A stretch of 64,000 nt of DNA from the NCBI RefSeq assembly GCF_009914755.1, contig NC_060938.1, one strand, 5' to 3'. Source of the stretch: the human T2T-CHM13v2.0 reference genome, Homo sapiens. A model generated the notes under the pieces. That model was not told the origin of the DNA. It ran no database searches and saw nothing but the letters and a program-made list of their open reading frames with translations. The translations under genes were made by a program, and so were the position numbers. Numbering within the stretch: the first letter of the stretch is position 1; each line of letters begins with the position of its first letter. This document shows positions 43,096 through 55,420 of this stretch, piece by piece.

Positions 43096-44049
43096 TTATG
43101 ATATTTATGGAGATATTCATATTTACTTATGAAGAGAAACTTGGTTCTAGTTTCAGTGAAGTTTCTGGGTAGTGGTAGAGATAGAAAACTATCTTTTGAG
43201 TTAATTTAAAAACTAACTGAGAGCATATGACTTTATTCAATCAACATATAAAGTAAAAGTATACTTTGGTTCCACTGTTTGGGCCATTAAAGGAAAGGAA
43301 AAGAAAAATAAGACTAAGATCTGGAGGTAGAGCAGTGGGGGAACTAGGAGACAGTGAAGTTTACATTAGAGAGAAAGAATGGGAGGAAGAGAAGAGGAGG
43401 AAGAGATCAACATCTTCTGCTTTTTTGGCCATTCCTTTAGTTACCCCTATTCCTCCATAAACCTTCTATTTTAGTTCTCTGCTTCATTGTCCCTCCTTTT
43501 CTTCTAACTTACCTCATCTGGCCCCAAACCCTCCTCTAATGACTTGTGTACCCAAGGCTCCTCACATTCTTCCTTTGGTTTTTAACCAGTGTCTCTCCTC
43601 ACCTCCATCCTCAAACCCTCACCTGCCTCAGGTCTAAAGTACTACTCACTGTATGATCTCGTCTCTTCCCTCTCTTTTCCTAGATGAATGAAAATTTCGG
43701 CCTGTTCATTTCCAGTTTGGTGGAGTCCTGACTTATCTTACCTTTGGTGTGTTACTTAACTTTCTGGGCCTCAGTAATCTTATCTGTGAAAAGGGGATTA
43801 GTAATACCTTACAAGATTGTGAGTCACCTAGCAGGTCCTTAGCAAACATTGGTTTCCCTTTCTGTCTTTTCTTTTTGCTGCTGTTTCCATTCCTTCACTT
43901 CTCTGCTGATACTAGTGCTTTTTGGTCCTCTCATCAGTTAAGCCATCTGCTGGGAATTTGTCTCTGGAATTCTGCTTGGAGCCTACCCCTCTGTCTGAGA
44001 GTAAGATTTCAGAGGGAGCCTCTGAATTGAGGACATTTCTGTACCAGCA

Positions 44050-44279
44050 TCAGAGTGGGACATCATAGGTTCAAGTCCTGGTCCCACCATGTTCTCACTG
44101 TGTGAGCGCTGGGCGGGTTGCACACTGTCTTTGAGGCTTAGTTTCCTTGTCTATCATTTGAAGATAATAATGATTTCTACTGCATAGGGTTATAATAAGG
44201 ATTAAGTGAGCTACTTCATGAAAATGTTTAGTAGAATGCCCAGCACATTGTAAGTGCTCAATAAATGTTAGCTATCATT
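44050..44279 (+). mobile_element. MIR (near full length)
   Basis: ggttcaagtcctgg...ttagtttccttgtct...agaatgcccagcacattgtaagtgctcaataaatgttagctat. Confidence 0.88.
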
Positions 44280-44812
44280 GGCAGATACTTCAATTTAGAA
44301 AATTTGTTGAGTGCTTTGTGCCCAGTGACATGATGTCCTTATGCTTTTCATCTTTTCATCTCAGAATGAAAAATTGGCAGGATTCAAGTGCCAGTTACAG
44401 TGGCATGTCCAGAGAAAATTCTTGAGAGATGCTTGCTGGGTTTTACTGCCTGTGGTAGATGGGGAGTGTGGAAGTGTATACCAGCTTTGTTTTTCATGGG
44501 AAAGAAACTGTACCAATAGGAGTAAACTGTGGTACAGGGGAAGGATGCAGTGATTTGGATGTGGTTGCCTGGAATAGGAGAGATGTGGTAGCAGCTGGGC
44601 TGAGGAGAGTGGGCCCGCAAAGAGTGCTGCTGCCACCACCTGCACACCATTGGTATCTCCACCAGCCTTACCCTCTGGACACTAGCTTCAAAATTCCTAT
44701 ATCACCAGAGCCCTACAACCCCTGGTTTAAAAAAATTACTGCTTCAGAAAGATTATGCTTCATTCTAGAATTAGAGATAGAATTTTGAGGTTCTAATCAG
44801 GAGGGCAGATTT

Positions 44813-44814
<2 letters not shown>

Positions 44815-44857
<43 letters not shown>
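44815..44857. repeat. (TG)21 microsatellite
   Basis: Direct reading. Confidence 0.97.
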
Positions 44858-44859
<2 letters not shown>

Positions 44860-47492
44860 CTGTCCCAGTGAAAAGTAATGAGAGAAGCTGAAGATGAAAC
44901 TACTTCAAAATATAAGCAAAATATTTAGTTGTGTAAAAGAAGAATTGTGTTAAAATAACTTTAAAAGAATATCTTTTATTTAACTGTTTGTCAAAAATAG
45001 TATATCATATACTTGCCACAGTAATAGATCAAGGCTTTTTAATAGAAAACAAGACAGGACTGTACCTGTCATGACTGTACCATGTCATTTCCTAATCTAG
45101 TCTGAAAAAGTGGGTGAATTATCTTTCAAAGAACTGTATTATTTTCTAGAATGACTGCAGTCTCTGAAACCTGTAACGTGTCACATACTCTGAGGCTGAG
45201 ACAAAATATCTGAATTTGGCCCATCCCAGAAAATTCAGTATGCTTGCCTTAGTGACATTACAGTGGAGTTACATCATGTGATGTAACATATATAAATTCA
45301 ACTGGGAGCATTTGGAAAGAAATTTAAATATCATGAGTAATTCTGCATATCAATTTACTCAATAAGCCCAGGCCTGCTCTGGGAGCTCCCTGGGGATGGG
45401 GAGCATACATTTGCTTTTCCTTGGTTGATCTCAGTTTTCTTGGGCCTCTCCTTGTGGGAGCATCTCCCTGAACTCAAGGTAATTCTGGTGTTTAAACATG
45501 GCTCCTGAGTGCAAGCCAACTTTTGCTTAACTCAAGAAACGGTCATCATCTGTTCCAATCCTAGAGGAAAACAGCATTACTGAGAGGCCAAGTATCAATC
45601 TCTCATGCGGCACTTTGCTAATGGATTTCAAAGTGAGCATCTTTGACCATATCTGCTGCCTTGAGAACTTAAAGTTCTGATGAACACTCCAGTGTTCTCT
45701 GCTTTTGCCATTGTGCATGTAAGTGACCAAGGGTAGGCTGTTAATGGACTGGTTCATGACGCACAAACAGCCACCAGTAATGTGATGTACAGTGCTGGAA
45801 TTAGGAGCACCTGATTAAGAGTTAGCACTCCGCTAACTAAAGGCTTACGTTTGGTAAATGCTATGATGGCGCAAAATCCCTTAACTGTTGAAATGAGGCT
45901 ATAGGCCCAAGAGGAATGAATCTTTGGTCAGTGTGTTCCCTTCTTGCTAGAATAATGGGAGGAGGGCTTTCTTTCTTTACTCGGTAAATTTTCGTGATAC
46001 CGGAGCAATAGGTAAAGTCTCTAGGGTAAAGATTCTGTGTCTTACATTGCCCTAATCTGCAGAGTATTCAGGATGATCTTAAGACCACTAGAAAAATTCT
46101 CATGAGGGAGTGGGGGCTAAAATGTGGGAAATTCTAAAGTTGTCACATGTTTTGTTGTTGCTTAGTCATGTGAGGAGGAGAGAAGCAAAGGATAGCTGAT
46201 AATGGCTACCTACAAGAAGTCATAGAATCATAGAATTTTGGTAACAGAGGGGACCTCAATGCCATTTCTTGAGTTTTAGAGGAGAAATGATTTGTTTAAT
46301 ACGTGGCAGAGCTAAGACCAGAACCTCAGTTTCCTAGCCTCAGGCTGGTGTTTACTTGTGTTATTTCAGTGTCTCTGATGCATTGGTTTAATAGGAACTG
46401 GTTTATCCTGCTTTGTGGGGGTTCAGCTCCACCCTTCAATGAGCTCCCTGAAAAGAACAAAGTCCACATTATTGTTACTTGTTTTGGTTTTAGGGGGCAT
46501 GATTGTCACTGGCAAGGTGTGAAGTGTACGTAAATTCTGAAAACATTTTGTGCTCATATATGCAGGGGTGGGGAGAGATTAAAATGGGGTCTGTTAGGGT
46601 GGGTGGAGGGATATGGATGATGCCTATAATGAAAGCTCCAGTTGCAAAAATTGATTCAACTTATGGTAATGGGTGCTGATGGAATTAATGGGGTTTTATG
46701 AATATTCCATGCTTTGATCTGCTTGGCATTAGGGAGATCTGCAAGGAGCAAATTTGAAATGATAAAAAGCTCTAGACTACTTTTTTGGTGCTTCACCTGT
46801 CATGATGCTGTCGCTGGTCTTGCTTGGCCTTCACCTTCAATAAGAAACTCCATCTTGCCTCATGACACTCTGAAAAAAAAAAAGGGTAGATGTAAGAGAC
46901 ATTTTTTTTAGAGAGAAAAGCCGCATCCATTATGCAGTTTGGAAGCATTTACTTAAATGTTTACTCTGATTCAAGCTTTGAAGCCCCAGAATTCAGGTCC
47001 CATAGCCATAAAAGGAGAGGAATTCTTCCCCTTTATCTTTTGATGGCATTGGTTTGAACAGAAGTTCTGTTTTTACTAAGGTTGTTATTTTTTATTTGCA
47101 ACTAAATGTCTCTGTTTTTTATTTTTATTTCTTTTTTTTTTTTAATTTCCACAGGTTATTGGGGAACAGGTAGTGTTTGGATACATGAGTAAGTTCTTTA
47201 GTGGTAATTTGTGAGATTTTGTTGCACCCATCACCCTAGCAGTATACACTGCACCCTATTTGTAGTCTTTTATCCCTCACCCCCTTCCCACCCTTTCCCC
47301 CGAGTCCCCAAAGTCCATTGTGTCATTCTTATGCCTTTGCATCGTCATAGCTTTGCACTCACTTATGAGTGAGAACATACAATGTTTTGTTTTCCATTCC
47401 TGAGTTACTTCACTTAGAATTATAGCCTCCAATCTCATCCAGGTTGCTACGAATGCCATTAATTCATTCCTTTTTATGGCTGAGTAGTATTC

Positions 47493-47757
47493 ATCATATA
47501 TATATGAGATATATGTATATCATATATGATATATCGTATTCCTATATATGGTGATATATATAGTATTCATCATATATATGATATATATCTTACACATATA
47601 TCATATATATCACAGTTCATATATATTGTACATGTGGTCATATATTATAGTTCATATATTATATATTATACATATATTCATATATACAGTTCATATATTA
47701 TATATAATACATATATTCATCATATGTATCTATATCTATATCTATCTATCTATCTAC
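47493..47757. repeat. Degenerate (TA)-rich expansion inside the L1
   Basis: ~265 nt of tatat/catat/tatc units. Confidence 0.9.
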
Positions 47758-48887
47758 ATCTCACAGTTTCTTTATTTGGGTTGGTTTCACGTTTCTGCAA
47801 AGTATCATTTTCATATAAAGACTTCTTTTCCTCTGGGTAGATACCCAGTAGTGGGATTGCTGGATCAAATGGTAGTTCTACTTTTAGTTCTTTAAGGAGT
47901 CTCCACACTGTTTTTCAGAGTGGTTGTGCTAGTTTACATTCCCACCAGCAGTGTAGAAGTGTTCCCTGTTCACCACATCCATGCCAACATCTATTATTTT
48001 TTTATTTTTAAATTATGGCCATTCTAGCAGGAGTAAAGTGGTAACGCATTGTGGTTTTGATTTGCATTTCCCTGATCATTAGTGATGTTGAGCACTTTTT
48101 CATGTTTGTTGGCCATTTGTATGTCTGCTTTTGATAATTGTCTCTTCGTATCCTTAGCCCACTTTTTAATAGGATTGTTTCTTTTTTTCTTACTGATTTG
48201 TTAGAGTTCATTGTAGATTCTGGATATTAGTCCACAGTCAGATGTACAGATTGTGAAGATTTTTTTCCCATTCTTGGGTTGTTCGTTTACTCTGCTGACT
48301 GTTTCTTTTGCCATGCAAAAGCTCTTTAGTTTAATTAAGTCCCAGCTATTTATCTTTGTTTTTATTGCATTTGCTTTTGGGTTCTTGGTCATGAAATCCT
48401 TGCCTAAGCCAATGTCTAGAAGGGTTTTTCTAATGTTATCTTCTAGAATTTTTATAGTTTCAGGTCTTAGATTGAAGTCCTTAATCCATCTTTAGTTGGT
48501 TTTTGTGTAAGGGAAGAGATGAGGATCCAGTTTCATTCTCCTACTCGTGGCTAGCCAATTACCCCAGCACCATTTGTTGAAAACGGTGTCCTTTCCCCAC
48601 TTTATGTTTTTGTTTGATTTGTGGAAGATCAGTTGGCTGTAAGTATTTGGGTTTATTTATGGATTCTCTATTCTGTTCCATTAGTGTATGTGCTGATTTT
48701 TATACCAGTACCATGTTGTTTTGGTGACTATGGCCTTACAGTGTAGTTTGAAATCAGGTAATGTGATGCCTCCAGCTATTGTAAAAGGAGTTGAGTTCTT
48801 GAGTTTATTCTCAGCTTGGTCGCTGTTGGTGTATAGAAGAGCTACTGATTTGTGTACGTTAATTTTGTTTCTGAAAACTGTGCTGAA

Positions 48888-49193
48888 TTATTTTATCAGT
48901 TCTAGGAACTTTCTGGAGGAATCTTTAGGATTTTCTAGATAAATGATCATATCATCAGCAAACAGTGACAGTCTGACTTCCTCTTTACCAACTTGGATGC
49001 TATTTATTTCTTTCTTTTGTCTGATTGCTCTGGCTAGGACTTCCAGTACTATGTTGAAGAGAAGTGATGAGAGTAGGCATTCTTGTCTTGTTCCAGTTCT
49101 CAGAGGGAATGCTTTCAACTTTTCCCCATTCAGTATTATGTTTGCTGTGGGTTTGTCATCGATGGCTTTTATTATATTTATTATATTTATCAT
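48888..49193 (-). pseudogene. L1 ORF2 RT fragment
   Basis: [24 protein letters not shown]...[15 protein letters not shown]; ORF2 is broken by stops and frameshifts elsewhere. Confidence 0.92.
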
Positions 49194-50612
49194 TTTTTAT
49201 TTTATTATTATATTTTATATATTATGATATTTATAATATATGTATTGTTTATTATTTATTATATTTTTAATCATAAAGGGATGCTGGATTTTGTTTAATG
49301 CTTTTTCTGCATCTATTGAGACGATCATGTGATTTTTGTTTTTAATTCTGTTTATGTGGTGTATCACATTTATTGACTTGCATATGTTAAACCATCCCTG
49401 CATCCCTGGCATGAAACCCACTTGATCATGTTGGATTTTCTTTTTGAGATGTTGTTGGATTCAGTTAGCTAGTATTTTGTTAAGGATTGTAGCATCTATG
49501 TTCATCAGGGCTATTGGGCTGTAGTTTTTTTTTTTTTTTAGTTATGTCTTTTCCTGGTTTTGGTATTAGGGTGATACTGGCTTCATAGAATGATTTAGGG
49601 AGGGTTCCCTCTTTTTCTATCTTGTGGAATAGTGTCAATAGGATTGGTACCAGTTCTTCTTTGAATGTCTGGTAGAATTCTGCTGTGAATCCATCTGGTC
49701 CTGGATTTTTTTGTTGGTAATTTTTAAATTACCATTTCAATCTCGCTGCTTGTTATTGGTCTGTTTAGGGTATCTAACTCTTCCTGATTTAAGCTAGGAG
49801 GGTTGTAGCTTTCCAGGAATTTATCCATCTCTTCTAGGTTTTCTAGTTTATGTGCATAAAGGTGTTCATAGTAGCCTTGAATGATCTTTTGTATTTCTGT
49901 GGTGTCAGTCGTAATATCTCCCATTTTGTTTCTTATTGAGTTTATTTGGATTTTCTCTCTTCTTTTCTTGGTTAATCTTGCTAATGGTCTATTAATTTTA
50001 TTTGTGTTTTCAAAGAACCAGCTTTTCATTTCATTTATCTTTTGTATTTTTGTTGTTGTTGTTGTTTGTTTGTTTCAATTTCATTTAGTTCTGCTCTGAT
50101 CTTGGTTATTTCCTTTCTTCTGCTGGGTTTGGGTTTAGTTTGTTCTTGTTTCTCTAGTTCTTTGAGGTCTAGATTGTCTGTGCTCTTTCAGACTTTTTGA
50201 TGTAGGTGTTTAGGGCTATGAACTTTCCTCTTAACACTGCCTTTGCTATGACCCAGAGGTTTGGTAGGTTGTGTCACTATTGTCATTCAGTTTGAAGAAT
50301 TTTTAAATTTTCATGTTGATTTCATTTTTGATCCAATGATCACGCAGGAGCAGGTTACTTAACTTCCATGTATTTGCATGGTTTTGAAGGTTCCTTTTGG
50401 AGTTGATTTCCAGTTTTATTCCACTGTGGTCTGAGAGAGAGTGCTTGGTATAATTTCAATTTTATTAAATTTATTGAGGCTTGTTTTGTGACCTATCATA
50501 TGGTCTATATTGGAGAAAGTTCCATGCACTGTTGAATAGAATGTATATTCTGCGGTTGTTGGATGGAATGTTCTGTATATATCTGTTAAGTCCATTTGTT
50601 CCAGGGTATAGT

Positions 50613-51671
50613 TTAAATCAATTGTTTCTTTGTTGATTTTCTGTCTTGATGACTGTCTAGTGCTGTCAGTGGAGTACTGAGGTCCCCCACTATTACTGTG
50701 TTGCTGTCTATCTCATTTCTTAGGTCTGTTAGTAATTGTTTTATAAATTTGGGAGCTCCAGTGTTAGGTGTGTATGTGTTTAGAATTGTGATATCAAGGC
50801 CTTTTATCATCATATAATGTCCCTCTTTGTCTTTTTTAACTGCTGTTGCTTTAAAGTTTGTTTTGTCTGATACAAGAATAGCTACTCCTACTTGCTTTTG
50901 GTGTCCATTTGCCTGAAATGTCTTTTTCCACCCCTTTACCTTAAGTTTGTGCGAGTCCTTATGTGTTAGGTGAGTCTCTTGAAGGCAGCAGATTGTTGGT
51001 TGGTGAATTCTTATCCAATCTGCAAGTCTGTATCTTTTAAGTGGAGCATTTAGGCCATTTACATTCAATGTTAGTATTGAGATGTGAGGTACCATCCTAT
51101 TCATCCTGCTATTTGTTGCTTGTATACCTTGTTTTTTTTTTAGTTGTATTTTTGTTTTATAGGTCCTGTGAGATTTATGCTTTAAAGAAGTTCTTTTTTG
51201 CTGTGTTTCCAGGATTTGTTTCAAGATTTGGAGCTCCTTTTGGCAGTTCTTGTAGTGGTGGTTGGTATTGGTGAATTCTCTCAGCATTTGTTTGTCTGAA
51301 AATGACTGTATCTTTCCTTCATATATGAAGCTTAGTTTCATTGGATATAAAATTTTTGGCTGATAATTGTTTTGTCTGAGGAGGCTGAAGATAGGGTCCC
51401 CATCCCTTCTAGCTTGTAGGGTTTCTGCTGATAAATCTGCTGTTAATCCGATAGGTTTTCCGTTATAGGTTACCTGGTGCTTTTGTCTCACAGCTCTTAA
51501 GATTCTTTCCTTTGTCTTAACTTTAGATAACCTGAAGACAATGTACCTAGGCAATAATATTTTGGCGATGAATTTCCCGTGTGTTCTTGGTGCTTCTTGT
51601 ATTTGGATGTGTGGGTCTCTAGCAAGGCCAGGGAAGTTTTCCTTGATTATTCCCCCAGATATGTTTTCCAA
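50613..51671 (-). pseudogene. L1 ORF1 C-terminal part read in frame into the ORF2 endonuclease N-terminus (352-aa ORF)
   Basis: ENFPGLAR...ADLSAETLQARR (ORF1p) then ISILTLNVNGLNAPLKR...CCLQETH...IVGD (APE-like EN). Confidence 0.9.
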
Positions 51672-51755
51672 ACTTTTAGATTTCTCTTCTTTCTCAGGAA
51701 CATCAATTATTCTTAGGTTTGGTCATTTAACATAATCCCAGACTTCTTGGAGGCT

Positions 51756-52193
51756 TTATTCATATTTTCTTATTCTTTTTTCTTTGTCTCTGTTGGATTG
51801 GGTTAGTTTGAATACGTTGTCTTCGAGCTCTGAATTTCTTTCTTCCTCTTGTTCAATTATGTTGCTGAGAGTTTCCAGAGCATTTTGCATTTCTAGAAGT
51901 GTGTCCATTGTTTCCTGAAGTTTTTGTTGTTTCTTATTTATGGTATCTATTTTCTTGAATATTTCTCCCTTCACTTCTTGCAGCATTTTTTGGATTTCCT
52001 TACATTGGGCTTCACCTTTCTCTGGCACCTCCCTGATTAGCTTAATAACTAACCTCCTGAATTCTTTTTCAGGTAAATCAGGGATTTCTTTTTGATTTGG
52101 GTCCATTGCTGGTGAGCTAGTGTGATTTTTTGGAGGTGTTAAAGAACTTTGTTTAGTCATATTACTAGAGTTGGTTTTCTGGTTCATTCTCAT
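51756..52193 (-). pseudogene. L1 ORF1 N-terminal / coiled-coil fragment
   Basis: PPKNHTSSPAMDPNQKEIPDLPEKEFRRLVIKL...EERNSELED. Confidence 0.9.
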
Positions 52194-53299
52194 TTGGGTA
52201 GGCTCTGTCAGAGGGAAGGTCTAGGGCTGAAGGCTGTTGTTTAGATTCTTTTGTCCCACAGTGTGTTCCCTTGATGTAGTACTCTCCCCCTTTTCCTATG
52301 GATGTGGCTTCCTGAGGGCTGAGTTGTAGTGAGTGTTATCTCTCTTCTGGATCTAGCCAGCCAGCAAGTCTACCAGGTTCTGGGCTGGTACTGGGGGTTG
52401 TCTGCACAGAGTCCTGTGATGTGAACCATCTGTGGGTCTCTCAGCTGTGGAAACCAGCACAGTATTTGAAGTGTCTCCTGGGTCCTGCAGGAGCAATGTG
52501 TTGCCTTCAGGGGGTATGTGGGTCCTCTCAGGTTTCCTGATTTATTCCTGAAGTTGTTCTGGAGCAAAAATTCACGACGCAAGCCTCCAGATGCTGCTCT
52601 GTCCATCCAAGTCAGAGCTGCAATCTAGTCCTGCCTCCTGTCCGCCATGATCCCCCAAGAATCTAGTTGTCTCTGTTTTTTAAACGTTGCATTTGCTACT
52701 AATGTAGCATGTGCCTCACCCAGCAGGAAAATATCTTATTTAGGTACCAGTGCAGGCTGCTTCTCTGTAATACGGGTACAGGACCTACAGTTGTTCCCTG
52801 AGACCCAGATGTCACTCCTCAATGACACAAGACCAGGTGCTTTAATAGGAACTTTGTTAAAAGCAGTTGAGAGATTAAGTGCAAAGAACCTCAGATTGTT
52901 CAATGTCAGCTTAAAGCAAATAGCAGATAACATGCAACAGCATTCTCATGTTCAATCTCTAGTGCCTCCTGATTTGGAAGTTGCAAAATTCCTTGGCTGG
53001 AGTGTCTCTGCGCTTGTCTTATTTAGATGTTTTTCTCTGATGTCTTGGTCTTGAGTCTTCAGCTTTTTCCCCTCCCAGGCTTTTATTACCAACTGGGAAA
53101 TCTTGCAGTGTCTTCAACAGCAGTAGCTGGAAGTTCATATCCTTTTTGGCTCTAGTTATCTCTGTTCCTACATGTTTCTAAACAAATATGTGAAAATCCA
53201 GCATATTAAGAGGTTTGCTTTCCTTCAAAGCATATTCTTTGGAATCAGCTCTTCCCTGACCATTGGGCAGTTGAGAGAGCAGCTCTATGGTCCACCTGG

Positions 53300-53624
53300 A
53301 CTCTGGTTGGGCGGTTTCTCATGGTTAACACCATCTCCCTCGGTGCTGTTGTGGTGATAGTGAGCTCTCTTGAGATCTGGTTGTTTGATGAAAGTGTGTG
53401 GAACCTCTAACCCCACTGCCTTGCTTCTGTTCTGGCCATGTAAGACGTGACTGCTACCCCTTTGCATCTTCTGCCATGATTGTAAGTTTACTGATGCTCC
53501 CCAGAAGCAGAAGCCACTATGTTTCTTGTACAGCCTGTAGAACTATGAATCAATTAAAGCTCTTTTCTTTATATATTACCCAGTCTCAGATATTTCTTTA
53601 TAGCAGTGTGAGAATGGACTAATA
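53300..53624 (+). mobile_element. MST (MSTA-like) MaLR LTR, 5'-truncated
   Basis: gagatctggttgttt...ctgccatgattgtaagttt...cagaagcagaagcc...tttatagcagtgtgagaatggactaata. Confidence 0.88.
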
Positions 53625-53625
53625 T

Positions 53626-55420
53626 GGGAGGGAAAAAGTGGAGGGGAATGGAAATGGAGAAGAGATGAAGTGGGAGTGAGTCTTATCTTAATATATCTTT
53701 TTATATACTTCTGACTTTTAGAACCATGTTAATATTTCACTTACTTAAAAAAAAATCATCCAGGATTTGGGGAAACCCAAAGTGGAAAACAACTAGTAAT
53801 AAATGAACCTAACTATCACACATGAATAATATAACAACAGTGAATGGGATAGTGAAGGAAATAATTAAGTAACTTTGGAAAACAGTTTTTGATTATATAT
53901 TACAAGGTGAAAGAATTGCACACAATGTTCTTTAGTTAATAGCTTGTTTTTCACAGGGTTAGCAATTTTGAAATTATGTGTCCTTTAGAGCAATTAAGTA
54001 AATATATTGCAGTAAATAATATAATGAAAACTAAGTACATTGTCAGAGGAAGAAAGTACAAATAAGGGAAGAAGGAAGGCTGGAATGACCTCTGTGATGG
54101 ATTAGAATTGGAGGTGTGAATATGAACTCATGGTTTCTAATATATACACACAAATATAAAGAAATAGATACAAATGCTTGTGTATGCATGGCTTTAGTAT
54201 ACATACATATATTTTCCAGTTCTGTCCGCTGAGAGTCCTAGAAACAGTGAAAGCCCAGTAGCCATGAGCACTCCTAGCTAAGATCTTGGTTTCTAAATAC
54301 CTTTTCCAAATAAAGGGAACTTTAGCTCCTCAAAGAAATGGCTGATTCCAGGACTGAGGCTGAGAAAGTATAAGATGACCCTAGAGCATCTTATTACACC
54401 AGAAACTACAGCTGTGCTCAAGAAATGTTTGGGATGTGTCAAGTAGATATAGGAGCCCAGTTAAAAGAGCAACCACTGGCCAAATTGAAAACAAATTTGA
54501 GCCACAAAATAAGTTATGATAGTAATGAATTATAATTCATAGACTGAAATAAATATCCATGAGTTTGTAGGGTTAAAATTAATAAATAAACTGGGAGAAT
54601 GGAGATCTCTTCTTATAGTAGAACTCTAACAAATGTTGAAGAAATTATGGAAATAGAAAAATCACCATTTATTATTTTTTAATTTTTAATTTTTTTCTTC
54701 TGTATATTACCCTCAAAACTGCCAACCATTTATTAAATACTATAATAATAATAGTTATAGCAAGAATCATCACTGGTTGCTAAAACAATTGGATGAAAGT
54801 ATTTGCATAATCTCAAAATATAGCTCTACAAAATGCCTAGTAATTTCAAAGAGAAATACAGTAACTTTATGTTGGATAAGCCTGGCAGACACCCCATAAC
54901 CAAGTGACCAAAGTTAACATTATCAATATTAAGACATACTGACATGTTTGCCTTGATAAACTGAAAAGGGTATTTAATATCATTAAATGACAGTCTTGCC
55001 AAAAATGCATAACCTGATTTTAATCATGAGCAAAGATCAAACAAACCCAAATAGAGGAACACTCTATAAAATAACAGGCTGGTACACTTCAAAACTGTCA
55101 TGGTCATAAAAGACAAAGACTGAAGAACTGTCTTGGATTGGGGCAGACTAAGGAAGCGTGACAAATAAATGCAGGGAATGACCCTGAATAGATCCTGGAC
55201 CAGAAAAAGCATATTAGTGGGACAAATGGCAAACTCTGAATAAGATTTGTAGATGAGTTCATAATATTTCATCTGTGTTTATTTTCTGGTTTTGACAAGT
55301 ACTGTGGTTGTATAAGATGTTGCATTCAGGGAAGCTAGGTGAAGAGTTTACTGGACTTTCTTGTCTATTTTGCAACTCTTTTGTAACTCAAAATGAAAAG
55401 TTAAAATTTAAAAAAATTAA
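53626..55420 (+). mobile_element. Old L1 (L1MC/L1MD-type) 3'UTR
   Basis: gatcttggtttctaaatacc...gaaatggctgattccaggactgaggc...ttttgcaactctttttgtaa...aaaatgaaaagtt. Confidence 0.8.

Larger units (their letters stand above)
47121..52667 (-). mobile_element. Full-span L1PB-type LINE-1 (L1PBa-like 5' end) with internal deletions
   Basis: 5' end ggggatcatggcggacaggaggcaggactagattgcagctc, ORF1, ORF2 remnants, L1PB-like 3'UTR, poly(A); TSD tgtctctgtttttt at 47107-47120 and 52668-52681 with a TT/AAAA site on the minus strand. Confidence 0.95.

Noticed and set aside
44341-44788. Four overlapping ORFs on both strands
   Set aside because: No recognisable domain, no convincing splice sites or Kozak context; expected by chance in a locally GC-richer tract
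47526-47895. I/Y/H-rich ORFs
   Set aside because: Translation of the TA-rich expansion
52647-53054. 135-aa ORF starting in the L1 5' end (ORF0-like antisense product)
   Set aside because: ORF0 is described for L1PA 5'UTRs, not L1PB; the frame is mostly flanking DNA with no recognisable protein
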